This document shows positions 9,512 through 18,694 of a stretch of 64,000 nt of DNA, piece by piece; the stretch's first letter is position 1, and the number at the start of each line of letters is the position of its first letter. The notes under the pieces were generated by a model. That model was given only the letters and a program-made list of their open reading frames with translations, was not told the origin of the DNA and made no database searches. The translations under genes were made by a program, and so were the position numbers. The stretch lies in IMG/VR virus record IMGVR_UViG_3300031784_000006; one strand, given 5' to 3'. This DNA comes from a virus (lineage: Duplodnaviria > Caudoviricetes).

Positions 9512-10681
9512 TTATTTGCTGAATGCTGAAAGAGTCTTCAGATATGCAGCCATTGAACCTGAAATTAATTCGGGTGCATTGTCTACACCTTCTGACAGAG
9601 ATTCAGTTTTAGCTGAAGGAGAAATTACTCTTGAAGGGAAATATGATTCCTTCAAAGTCTCCAGTTTTTCACGATATTCTTCTTCACTTTCAAACTCAAC
9701 ACTTTCGGCAAGTGAAGCGAGCTTGTCCTTCTGAGTGTCTGCAAGACCTTCAGCGACTTGATCAAAGATTCCATCAGCAACCGACTCTGCGAGACGCTTG
9801 TTAAGGGAAACGTTTTTCTCGATTTGCTCGTTGAGTTTTGTCTCCATTTCATCAAGTTTTTCTACCATGCTCTCAAGCACATCATATTTATCTTCAGGGA
9901 TTGATACATAATGTTCTTCAAAAAGACCTCTCATTCCTTGGAGGAATGATTCGGTCATCTCGGTCTTAAGACCTTGTTCGATAACGAGTGCATTTTCTTC
10001 CATCCACTCGCCAGCAACATACTCAAGGTATGCATCTACACGCTCAGAAAGTGCTTCTTTAATTTCTTCAACTTCTTCTGCAAGTGCAACTGCATACTGC
10101 TCTTCAAGTGCTTCTTGAATAGAAGCAACTTTTGAACGAAGAGCAGCCTCGAAGATGGTGCGTGCTTTCTCTTGGAATTCCTCAGAAAGCTCTTCACCTT
10201 CAAGAAGAGCATTGACATCTTCCTCAATATCAAACTCTTCTTTTACGTCCTCTTCTTCTTCGTCCTCTTCTTCTTCGTTCTCTTCTTCTTTCTTTGCCTT
10301 TTTCTTAGGTGCTTCTTCCTCTTCTTCAGCAGCCTCTTCGATTACATCTTCATCACTCTCTTCTTCAATCATATCCTCATTATCAAGTTCTTCTTCCTCT
10401 TTATGAAGACCCTTCATTGGATCAGCAGAACCTGCGCCTTTATTTACAACATCTCTAACTTGCTTGAGTGTTGCTCCAGGAGTTTTCAGTTTTGCTGAAT
10501 CATCCGTTGAACGATAGTTTGAAGGATCAGGTCCACCAAGATCTTCCCAACCTGCAGTTTGGCCGTCAGGAATACCTGTAGTTAGTTTTGACATCGGATC
10601 CGCCGCTTTAGCATTTGCATTAACAGCGGTTCTGGATGGTTTAGTGCCTACTTCCATTTCTTGTAAATCTCCACGAGACAT
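9512..10681 (-). CDS. gp22: Prohead core scaffold protein
   Basis: Acidic coiled coil, EEFQEKARTIFEAA, YLEYVAGEWMEEN; between gp21 and gp23. Confidence 0.93.
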   Translation of the reverse strand: MSRGDLQEMEVGTKPSRTAVNANAKAADPMSKLTTGIPDGQTAGWEDLGGPDPSNYRSTDDSAKLKTPGATLKQVRDVVNKGAGSADPMKGLHKEEEELDNEDMIEEESDEDVIEEAAEEEEEAPKKKAKKEEENEEEEDEEEEDVKEEFDIEEDVNALLEGEELSEEFQEKARTIFEAALRSKVASIQEALEEQYAVALAEEVEEIKEALSERVDAYLEYVAGEWMEENALVIEQGLKTEMTESFLQGMRGLFEEHYVSIPEDKYDVLESMVEKLDEMETKLNEQIEKNVSLNKRLAESVADGIFDQVAEGLADTQKDKLASLAESVEFESEEEYREKLETLKESYFPSRVISPSAKTESLSEGVDNAPELISGSMAAYLKTLSAFSK

Positions 10682-10719
10682 TTGAACTCTCCGTTTAACC
10701 TTTAGTTATAAACTATATT

Positions 10720-10727
10720 TATTTATA
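10720..10727 (-). promoter_or_regulatory. T4-type late promoter TATAAATA for gp22-gp23
   Basis: Exact TATAAATA about 40 nt upstream of the gp22 ATG. Confidence 0.8.
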
Positions 10728-10737
10728 ATTTAATAAA

Positions 10738-11388
10738 TTACAATGAGTTTAAAAACTCATTGAATAATGATAACTTATATTCTTCAAGAATACCTTGGTC
10801 TACAAGGGTATTAATTTTATTCTTAGTATTTTCTGCCATTTTTTCTCTAAGGATGCCACCATCCCAAATCCACTCCTTTCCTTCCATAATTCCCTGAACA
10901 AATGCGTCGGGAGCTGAGGGATCTGCTACAATATCAGCAGCAGTTGCAAGCATAAAGTCTTCACCAACTTCTTTATATCCCTTATTATTCTCTCTTAAAG
11001 ACCCAATACCACGAGAAGAAACGCCAAGAGTTACTCCATCTTTAAGAAGAGACTCCGCAATCTTACCCATTGGTGTGGATAAAATTTGTGCCTTTCCGAT
11101 AAAGTTATTTCCGCTGCGATAAAGTTCTGTAATTTTATGAGAAACTCTATCTAAATTAACAGTAGGTCCGTCTGGATGTCCTAGTTCGCCAAGAGCACGT
11201 CCCTTTTGAACGTATTGTTCGTTATAACGATTTACTTCACGTTCCATAATCTGCATAGGATACATTCTTCCATTGCGATTCACGCATTCTGCTTGCAAGA
11301 ATGGTCCTTTAATGTAGAGTTTTGCTTGCTTACCAGTTCCTTCGGTAATAACCTCTACTCTTTCGATTTCTTCTCTAATTAGTTTCAT
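10738..11388 (-). CDS. gp21: Prohead core protease
   Basis: NRNGRMYP, ALGELGHP, LGVSSRGIGS, ADIVADPSAPDAFV. Confidence 0.97.
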   Translation of the reverse strand: MKLIREEIERVEVITEGTGKQAKLYIKGPFLQAECVNRNGRMYPMQIMEREVNRYNEQYVQKGRALGELGHPDGPTVNLDRVSHKITELYRSGNNFIGKAQILSTPMGKIAESLLKDGVTLGVSSRGIGSLRENNKGYKEVGEDFMLATAADIVADPSAPDAFVQGIMEGKEWIWDGGILREKMAENTKNKINTLVDQGILEEYKLSLFNEFLNSL

Positions 11389-11939
11389 TAGGCATCTCCT
11401 GAAATTTGTACTTGTTGGTAATACAGAGTTCCTGCACCTACACCGTATGCAGAAACTTTATTTGAATTAATTACAGTAGCATCTGTTGAAGAGAATGCTG
11501 TGACAATTCCACTTGAATTATAATTAACAGTCATTCGTGTCTGATAGTAACCACCTACCCCAGAAGAAATATCTACAGATAAAACTTGCTGGTGTGTGAA
11601 GTTGTAATATGATTGTCCTGTTGCAGTTAGTGTAACATAATCACCAACACCAAAAGGAACTTGAGTTCCTTCTGGAACTGTAACAATTGTTGTTGTGCCG
11701 GTAGTTATGCCTACAACTTTATTTGAAGCTTTTGTTAAACCTAGAGTGGCAGATTCTCCAGATGAAACATAGTAATCTGCAGAAGTTGCTGATGGATTTC
11801 CGCCTACAGAAATATGCGCTGCACCACCGACTGCAACCACTCTCAAAACACTAGATTGTACCGAAAAGGCAGATGATGTTGTTGCAGCACCTGCAGTAAA
11901 TGTAAATGAGGAACCCGCCCCAACTGGTCTATGAGCCAT
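11388..11939 (-). CDS. Hypothetical virion structural protein (beta-rich)
   Basis: 183 aa, Ser/Thr/Gly-rich, TAAATA upstream, coupled to gp21. Confidence 0.6.
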   Translation of the reverse strand: MAHRPVGAGSSFTFTAGAATTSSAFSVQSSVLRVVAVGGAAHISVGGNPSATSADYYVSSGESATLGLTKASNKVVGITTGTTTIVTVPEGTQVPFGVGDYVTLTATGQSYYNFTHQQVLSVDISSGVGGYYQTRMTVNYNSSGIVTAFSSTDATVINSNKVSAYGVGAGTLYYQQVQISGDA

Positions 11940-11993
11940 TATTTTTATAGTACACTTTTAGTTATTTATTATTTAATCAAGTTATGATTTAAA

Positions 11994-13268
11994 TTACCTC
12001 TGTTCAATCCAGTTCAGAACTGCAAGTGCTGCTTTGTTAGTATTAGGACTTGCACAAGCAAGAGTATAAGTATCACTAATTGTTCCAATACCACTTCTAC
12101 CTAACTGAAGTGCCGCTTTATCATCAAGATTAACTAGAGACCCACCACCACCAATCACAAAACCACTCAAAAGATCAGTTCCACCAGATACTGCAGTTTG
12201 AGTAATATTGTACTGCATAAAGGAGTTTGGGTCTGGATGGTCTACCCAAGTTCCTCCAGTTAGTGTTGCATTTTCTAAAAGTTGCCAATAAACATTAGTA
12301 TTATCATCAGTTGCTGCTTGCAATGATCTCAAAAGCATCACCGCACCTAGATTACTAGATTTTAGACGAATGCTTATAATTGGATAAAATGTATTTGCAT
12401 TTGCCATCGTTGTCCCTGCGATGGTATTTGATATACTCTCAAGAGTTCCAAGTTTCTCTGGTTCTCCTTCTTGAATCAGAGAATTAGAACCCTGATACAT
12501 GTAATGAGTTCCTGCAACACCTGTTACATTTTCTATCTCAAGTCTAATTGGTAAGAATGGAGTAGAACACCACACTCCTGGATTTGTATTTGAGTTCTCA
12601 AAAGTATGGGATGCAATGGTCTCATTCTTCATCAACCAATTGAACTGAACCATTCCTGCACCATACCATTCATAATTGATGGAAATCATTTGTTGTTTTG
12701 TTGGGTCTGCAGTCACTCCAGTCCAACCATTTCCATCAAACTTTTCACCATTCCAATCATCTCTGTATACTCTGGTTTCTGTAACAATTCCAGTTACACT
12801 ACTACGGAGTACATAAGAATATGTTCCCCCATTATCCTCAAAATAAACACCGTTGTTTTCATCAAACAATCCAAATCTTCTGCGAATACCTACCTGTGGA
12901 TTATCAAGACGAATCGCAAATGCAAGAGTTGCACCTCTACCGGGAATGTATCTCATCACATTCTTGGTTTGGCGAACAACTTTACTTCCAAGAGTGGACC
13001 CAACTTGCATCACAATATTACTGGCATTTGCATTAAATGTTGCAGTTCCAACTCCAACTACTCTTTCATCCCATACATCAGTCTCTTTACCATACTGGAA
13101 AGTGTTAAAGAATACTGTTTGATATGGAGATATTTTAAATCTGTTGTTGTTGGTAAATTGAGGTCTCCAGTCAGTCTGGTTTCCCCAGTGATCTGCAATA
13201 TTATAAACTTCAAAGAGACTTCTCTCTTGATTTAGAAAGTCTTGTGTAGTCTTATTCCACTGAGCCAT
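11994..13268 (-). CDS. Hypothetical virion structural protein, beta-sandwich/lectin-like
   Basis: 424 aa, Trp/Gly/Asn-rich, inserted in the head operon; no catalytic motif recognised. Confidence 0.55.
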   Translation of the reverse strand: MAQWNKTTQDFLNQERSLFEVYNIADHWGNQTDWRPQFTNNNRFKISPYQTVFFNTFQYGKETDVWDERVVGVGTATFNANASNIVMQVGSTLGSKVVRQTKNVMRYIPGRGATLAFAIRLDNPQVGIRRRFGLFDENNGVYFEDNGGTYSYVLRSSVTGIVTETRVYRDDWNGEKFDGNGWTGVTADPTKQQMISINYEWYGAGMVQFNWLMKNETIASHTFENSNTNPGVWCSTPFLPIRLEIENVTGVAGTHYMYQGSNSLIQEGEPEKLGTLESISNTIAGTTMANANTFYPIISIRLKSSNLGAVMLLRSLQAATDDNTNVYWQLLENATLTGGTWVDHPDPNSFMQYNITQTAVSGGTDLLSGFVIGGGGSLVNLDDKAALQLGRSGIGTISDTYTLACASPNTNKAALAVLNWIEQR

Positions 13269-13270
13269 TA

Positions 13271-13591
13271 TTAATCAATCCATTCCAACTTTGATGGGTG
13301 GTATCTTTTTGCGTTTCTAATATTGAAATTCTTTTCAGTTACGGGATAAATCTGATGAACGACTGCTCCTGGATAATCTCCCTGAAGTTGTTCTCCTAAA
13401 TCTCTTTTAGATGGAATTCCACTTTTAGTAACCAATTCCATCCTATACAAACTTCCTTGCCACAAAACATCCGCAACATACTCTTCTCCAACCTGTTGTG
13501 GTGTTTCTGGTTGGGAGTTAATGTAAAGATTTCCGTTAAAGTCTCCGGAAATATTTACTGATTCTGAGATGAATTGTTTGAAGGATTTCAT
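13271..13591 (-). CDS. Probable internal head protein with capsid-targeting N-terminus
   Basis: Starts MKSFKQFISE, like T4 IP capsid-targeting sequence MKTYQEFIAE. Confidence 0.6.
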   Translation of the reverse strand: MKSFKQFISESVNISGDFNGNLYINSQPETPQQVGEEYVADVLWQGSLYRMELVTKSGIPSKRDLGEQLQGDYPGAVVHQIYPVTEKNFNIRNAKRYHPSKLEWID

Positions 13592-13749
13592 TCTTCCTCT
13601 TCTGGTTCGCTATTAAACATCGAATTTGCTACTTCAGGTTTAAATTCATCAACTTTTTCTGCAGCTTTAGCAAACAAAAGGTCTTTGATTTTATCGCTAA
13701 TCTGCGAAGGTGATTCTTCAGCAGCAATCATATCCATTAAATCATCCAT
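13588..13749 (-). CDS. Small acidic prohead core protein (gp67-like position)
   Basis: Hand translation MDDLMDMIAAEESPSQISDKIKDLLFAKAAEKVDEFKPEVANSMFNSEPEEEE; TATAAATA at 13778-13785; directly after gp20. Confidence 0.7.
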   Translation of the reverse strand: MDDLMDMIAAEESPSQISDKIKDLLFAKAAEKVDEFKPEVANSMFNSEPEEEE

Positions 13750-13780
13750 TGTTATAAATGTAATCAGTAATCGTTTTTAT

Positions 13781-15478
13781 TTATATCTCCCCACCCTTAG
13801 GCATTTCTGCTATTTTTCCACTTGCTTCAACTGATTTTCCTTGAGAGTCTATATTTGGTTCCATCACTGGTTGCCCCAAATCCATTTGAGAAGTTTGTTG
13901 CCCTGGTTCTAGTGGCATACCTGTCATAGGATCTACAGGTATACTGGGGTCTGGAATAACTCCATCCTTAATTTCTTTTTTAATAATTTTGTCTTGCTCT
14001 AAAATTTCTTCATCAGTTTGACGAAGAATCTTACGTCTAACGTAATCTTGAGAGAAATATTTTCCAACATATGGTTCAGCAATTTGTACCATACCCAATC
14101 TTTCATTTAGCAACTCTGCATCTTTAAGTTCTGCAAAATGATTATCATACAAGAAGTCATATTGAATGTGTTCGTCCATTCTATTCCAATCTTCTGGGGT
14201 AATGATATTTTTTAGGATCAATTGAGTCCTCAACATATCACTAAACATATAAGAAAATCTCTTCCTCAGACGAGCAACAAATTTGCTGAATTTAACTTCA
14301 TCGCGAAGAATCTCTGATGATCTTCCAAGATTAAACCCACCATCTCCACCAATTCTTGTTGTAGGTACATTTAAAGATCTATAAAGTTTTTCTTGGAAAT
14401 AATTAATGTCAGTAATCTCTCCAAGGTTTTGTCCGCCAGGAAGTGTTGATATTTCAGTACCTCTTCCACCTTCTCTTCTTGGAAGCCAAAAATCCTCAAG
14501 CATTGCCATGAATTTTTTATCATCACGAATCTCACCAGTGCTTGCATCATATACCAACTTGTTACGATAACGCATCATAACATCGCGGAGATATTGTTCT
14601 GCTTTTACTTTAGGTAGATTGCCTACATCAATGTAGAAAATTCTTCTTTCTGGTGCGCGTGATAGTCTGTAGATAACAAGTGAATCTTCAATCATACGAA
14701 GTTGATTGAGAGATTTGATTGCCTTATGGAGATATGAAAGCGTTGAACCCTTATTTCTATCAACGAGTCCTGAAGTACAATATGCCACAGAATCTTTTGT
14801 CATTTTGATTCCTGCATTAGAACCTCCAAGAGCTCCAGGTGCTGGAGTTCCTGTTGGATATGTCATTTTTGGTTGATAGATAAAATATTCTTCAATTTCG
14901 GGAAAATCGAAATCCATTGGATTATCGACATTTCTATTTGAAATTTTTAATCTATCATTTTCTTTCTTTTTTGCTTGGCGTACATAACGCATTTTCATTG
15001 CGTCAATATATCTCAATTCTTGTATACCAGCCTCTGGATTTTTAAAATCTATTACTTTGTGGTAGTATAATCTACCATCAATATACCAATTTCTGTAGAT
15101 TTCGTGTGCTTTTTTATCAAAATCTAGAAGTTCTAAAATATATTTAAATTCTTCTCTAATTTTTTTCTTAATGCCATCACTAGCATTTAAATTGTCCAAA
15201 TCAATTTGAACAGGACTATCATTACTATCCGATACGATAGCTTCATTTACAATATCTTCAATGGCACTATCACACTCTGGGTGAAGCGCCATTTCACGAT
15301 ATCTTTTAATTAAATCGAATTCTGTTCTATAAACACCTTCAATATCTACATACGAACCAAAAAATCCACTAGTTAAATAATGGTCTACCCCGTCCTCCTT
15401 ATTGGGAGGAACGGGGGACATTACACTTTGCGATAATGGTTCATTATCTTCAATAGAAAAACCAAAAAGTTTTGCCAT
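13781..15478 (-). CDS. gp20: Portal vertex protein
   Basis: YREMALHPECDSAIEDIVNEAI, IYRLSRAPERRIFYIDVGNLP, EDFWLPRREGGRGTEI. Confidence 0.99.
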   Translation of the reverse strand: MAKLFGFSIEDNEPLSQSVMSPVPPNKEDGVDHYLTSGFFGSYVDIEGVYRTEFDLIKRYREMALHPECDSAIEDIVNEAIVSDSNDSPVQIDLDNLNASDGIKKKIREEFKYILELLDFDKKAHEIYRNWYIDGRLYYHKVIDFKNPEAGIQELRYIDAMKMRYVRQAKKKENDRLKISNRNVDNPMDFDFPEIEEYFIYQPKMTYPTGTPAPGALGGSNAGIKMTKDSVAYCTSGLVDRNKGSTLSYLHKAIKSLNQLRMIEDSLVIYRLSRAPERRIFYIDVGNLPKVKAEQYLRDVMMRYRNKLVYDASTGEIRDDKKFMAMLEDFWLPRREGGRGTEISTLPGGQNLGEITDINYFQEKLYRSLNVPTTRIGGDGGFNLGRSSEILRDEVKFSKFVARLRKRFSYMFSDMLRTQLILKNIITPEDWNRMDEHIQYDFLYDNHFAELKDAELLNERLGMVQIAEPYVGKYFSQDYVRRKILRQTDEEILEQDKIIKKEIKDGVIPDPSIPVDPMTGMPLEPGQQTSQMDLGQPVMEPNIDSQGKSVEASGKIAEMPKGGEI

Positions 15479-15529
15479 AATTTATTTGATTACTTTTAAT
15501 CTTTAGACTATTTATTATTCCTCATTTTA

Positions 15530-16144
15530 TTACTTTTGTTTTTTTGAATCTTCCTTATCTTTATTTTTGTCTTCTGCACTGTCCTGTGCGGAAACAGGAG
15601 CCCAGTACTGAACTTGGAAGTCAACAGTAAACTCTTCAATTGTATCAGAACTATCATAAGAAAGATCAATTGCAGAAACACTTGTTGGAAAAATATCAAA
15701 GAATTTGTAAGTTGCAGCATGAGAAAGGCCGCCGCCAGTAGGGCTGTTTTTACCGGCGGTGCTCTTAGATCTCTTAAACTGTTGTACGTATGCATCACAC
15801 ATGTAGTTTGCTGGGTTTGAAAAACCACTAGCATCACCATACTGTGCTATAGTTTGCATCCACTTTTCCATAGCCTCACGAATTAGAAAATCTTCATCAT
15901 TTATAATTGTGACAGTCCAAACATCGAATGTTCTGTCACCTGCAACCTTAAAGATTCTTCCTCTAAAAGGTACGTCAATGGAACCAACATTTGATGCCGG
16001 AAGTGCAGCAGCCTTACAGAGTAATTTGAAATTATCACCTAAAGTTATATTGGATGGTGGAGTTGGAATAGTTACCTCGAATAGATTGGGCCTAGCGCCA
16101 CCGCCTTTGAGTGCTGATTTGAAGTCCTGAATAGTGTTTGCCAT
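15530..16144 (-). CDS. gp19: Tail tube protein (start corrected to MANTIQ at 16144)
   Basis: GGGARPNLFEV, CKAAALPAS, VPFRGR.FKVAGDRTF..W, IEEFTVDFQVQYW. Confidence 0.95.
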   Translation of the reverse strand: MANTIQDFKSALKGGGARPNLFEVTIPTPPSNITLGDNFKLLCKAAALPASNVGSIDVPFRGRIFKVAGDRTFDVWTVTIINDEDFLIREAMEKWMQTIAQYGDASGFSNPANYMCDAYVQQFKRSKSTAGKNSPTGGGLSHAATYKFFDIFPTSVSAIDLSYDSSDTIEEFTVDFQVQYWAPVSAQDSAEDKNKDKEDSKKQK

Positions 16145-16178
16145 TTTTAGTTCCCCCCTAATTTTTGTTTTATTTAAA

Positions 16179-18380
16179 TCAAATAGTACCAGCAACTTCT
16201 TCAAAACTTACTCCAGTTCTTGTGGCAACGAAAGTAAGTGTTACATAGTTAATTGATTTTGCAGGTTTCAAGTAAATGTCTGCTCGGAATTCATTGTTAT
16301 CAATAACATCAGGAGTATTGTTGGAAGTATCACAGACAACCAAGAATCCATAAAGACCTCTCTTTGCCTGAACATCGCGAAGATAAGGATCGACAATGTT
16401 TCTAAAATTGGCTCTAGTAATTTCGTCGTTTAGTTCAAATAGTTGAGCCTCTGCACTTCTTTGGAGTGATTGTTCGATTGTCAGGAACAGACGACGAACA
16501 TTGATCCTATCAAAAGCAGATGCATATCCTAAAGCAGTCCTATCTCCAAAAAGCAGAATACCAAGCCCAGGTTGATTAATAATGGAGTTAATTCTTTGTG
16601 GGTATAGTTGGTCTCTCTGCGCTTTATTTGGATTATATGCCAACTTAATTGCATTATTGAGGATTCCACGTTGTTGACCTGCAGGTGAGAACCAAGGATA
16701 GGCAACAATACTAGTTCTAACCATCAATCCAGCAACGTCTGCATTGCAGGGAATATATCTGAACTTATTGTTGAATCTATCAAAGGTGTACTTATATCCA
16801 GAATCAAATACTGCATAAGATGAAGAGGAAAGTGGTGAGAAGAACTCAAGAATATTATCTGTCTGAGTGTCTGTATTTGTAATGTCAACAACATCAGCAC
16901 GATGTGGTGAAATTACTGTAACACAATCCTTTCTGGAGTTTGCAATTGAGATGAGGTGGTTTGCTTTTGCTTGAGATTCAAACTTATTAGGCATTCCAGG
17001 ACCCATAATCAAGTAATCAACTTGAATTTCGTCTCTATTTGAGAACAAATTGTAAGTAGTAAATAAATCACCTAGGGTTGCTTGCATTCCTGTTCCATTG
17101 TCACCATAATCAGAACCACCGGTTAAGTTATAAGTAACATTTCCCAATGCACTAAAAGTTATGCCTTGTGAGGGTTTATTCCAGAGACCCTCAGCATTTG
17201 TGAATTCGGTAAATGCTGTAGAGAATCCTGTTGCTACAACAGTCTCATTTACATTTAACTCATCAGATGGGTTGTCTCCAACATAAACATAATTCGAGAA
17301 TGTTGCAAGATACTCTTTCCACCAAATTTTCTGTGGAGCACTGACTGCAGATACTGCATCAGATGCTTTTGAAAGACCGACATGCTTTTCTACCAAGTTT
17401 CCTTGGATTCCAGTAACAGTTCCAGTATCATCAACAATTACGATGTGAATTTCATCACTCTTACCATTTCTATTTGTGGCATATTGTGATGTGCCTGGTT
17501 TTGGTGCAATTGAACTCCAATAAATCGCAGTATTTGACAATGATAAGGTTTGCTCGTTGTACCAATCTTTTATTGGTGCAGTTCCAGTGTTAATAGTTGT
17601 AGAAGTTGTAGCAACTCCAGCACTAGTAATCAGATTTACTGTTAGGTTTCCTCCACCAGTTGATGGTCTAAAAGATCTCAGGCGGGAATTTGGAGCGTAA
17701 GTTATTTGGGTATTTGTGCCATTTGTAGAAACCAGAGAAGTGATTTTTACGTCAACAGTATCAGTTCCTACTCCAGTAATAATACCCTTCAAATATCCAT
17801 TGAAAAGGGATGTCGTTCCAACACCAGCTGATGGTACATCAGTAAGAGTTGTGGTAACACCCATACCAACAGAAACTTGTCCAGCAAAATCAGAACCTAC
17901 TTTAATAATTTGGTCTGCTTTGTCGTCAATAACACAAACTTTTAAATTATTTGCCCAACGTCCTGGATTTTTTGCAGCAAAGATGTAGTTTGCAATATCA
18001 TCTGCATAGTTTGCCTCATAATCATCAAAGTTTTTGATTTTTAGTGTTGGCTCACCTGCAGTAGAAACTCCAGCAACGTTGCGGATTGCATTCGCATTTA
18101 CTAGGTTTGCACCATCCACTCTTGCTACCTTAAGAACACCACCATATGAAAGGAATGATGATGCACTCATCCAATATTCATATTGGGCATCGGTTGAAAT
18201 TGGTTTTCCAAAGGTTTGAATTAATTCATTCTCTGTTGTAATATCAATTGCTTCTTCAACTGGACCAATTGCAAAAGGACCAGCAATTGCTCCGATATTA
18301 TCTAATACATTATCAGCTCTTCCTACAGTTAGATCAACCTCCCTTACAAGTACGCCGGGAGATAATTGAGGAGTCGCCAT
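16179..18380 (-). CDS. gp18: Tail sheath protein
   Basis: LSPGVLVREVDLT, PWFSPAGQQRG, FDRINVRRLF, IYLKPAKSINYVTLTFVATRTGVSFEE. Confidence 0.98.
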   Translation of the reverse strand: MATPQLSPGVLVREVDLTVGRADNVLDNIGAIAGPFAIGPVEEAIDITTENELIQTFGKPISTDAQYEYWMSASSFLSYGGVLKVARVDGANLVNANAIRNVAGVSTAGEPTLKIKNFDDYEANYADDIANYIFAAKNPGRWANNLKVCVIDDKADQIIKVGSDFAGQVSVGMGVTTTLTDVPSAGVGTTSLFNGYLKGIITGVGTDTVDVKITSLVSTNGTNTQITYAPNSRLRSFRPSTGGGNLTVNLITSAGVATTSTTINTGTAPIKDWYNEQTLSLSNTAIYWSSIAPKPGTSQYATNRNGKSDEIHIVIVDDTGTVTGIQGNLVEKHVGLSKASDAVSAVSAPQKIWWKEYLATFSNYVYVGDNPSDELNVNETVVATGFSTAFTEFTNAEGLWNKPSQGITFSALGNVTYNLTGGSDYGDNGTGMQATLGDLFTTYNLFSNRDEIQVDYLIMGPGMPNKFESQAKANHLISIANSRKDCVTVISPHRADVVDITNTDTQTDNILEFFSPLSSSSYAVFDSGYKYTFDRFNNKFRYIPCNADVAGLMVRTSIVAYPWFSPAGQQRGILNNAIKLAYNPNKAQRDQLYPQRINSIINQPGLGILLFGDRTALGYASAFDRINVRRLFLTIEQSLQRSAEAQLFELNDEITRANFRNIVDPYLRDVQAKRGLYGFLVVCDTSNNTPDVIDNNEFRADIYLKPAKSINYVTLTFVATRTGVSFEEVAGTI

Positions 18381-18463
18381 GTTTTTCTCCGTAATCTCAG
18401 TTAACTAAAAATTATTTATTAAAAACTTACTTTACGTGGGAGGAAACACGACGTGAATAGCAA

Positions 18464-18694
18464 TCACCAGTCAGGATAATCAAACTCAGATGAATTCTTT
18501 ATCGATTTTCTACCTTCAGATATTCTTTTTATGGTACATTCTTTGCATTCATACGAATATGAGGATGCAACTGGGCCCCTATCTTTACGAGTTCTATAAA
18601 ATTCTCCAATTAAATTTTTAATTTCGCCACAAACTCTACATTTTCTATCTGTTAGTAAAAGATGACCTAATCTTATCTGCTTATCTAGTTCCAT
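18464..18694 (-). CDS. Small zinc-ribbon protein (CxxC...CxxC); start corrected to MELDK at 18694
   Basis: CRVC...CKEC; TAATG overlap with the gp17 stop. Confidence 0.7.
   Translation of the reverse strand: MELDKQIRLGHLLLTDRKCRVCGEIKNLIGEFYRTRKDRGPVASSYSYECKECTIKRISEGRKSIKNSSEFDYPDW

Noticed and set aside
10155-10498. Plus-strand poly-Ser and Phe-rich ORFs
   Set aside because: Antisense shadows of the acidic stretch of gp22
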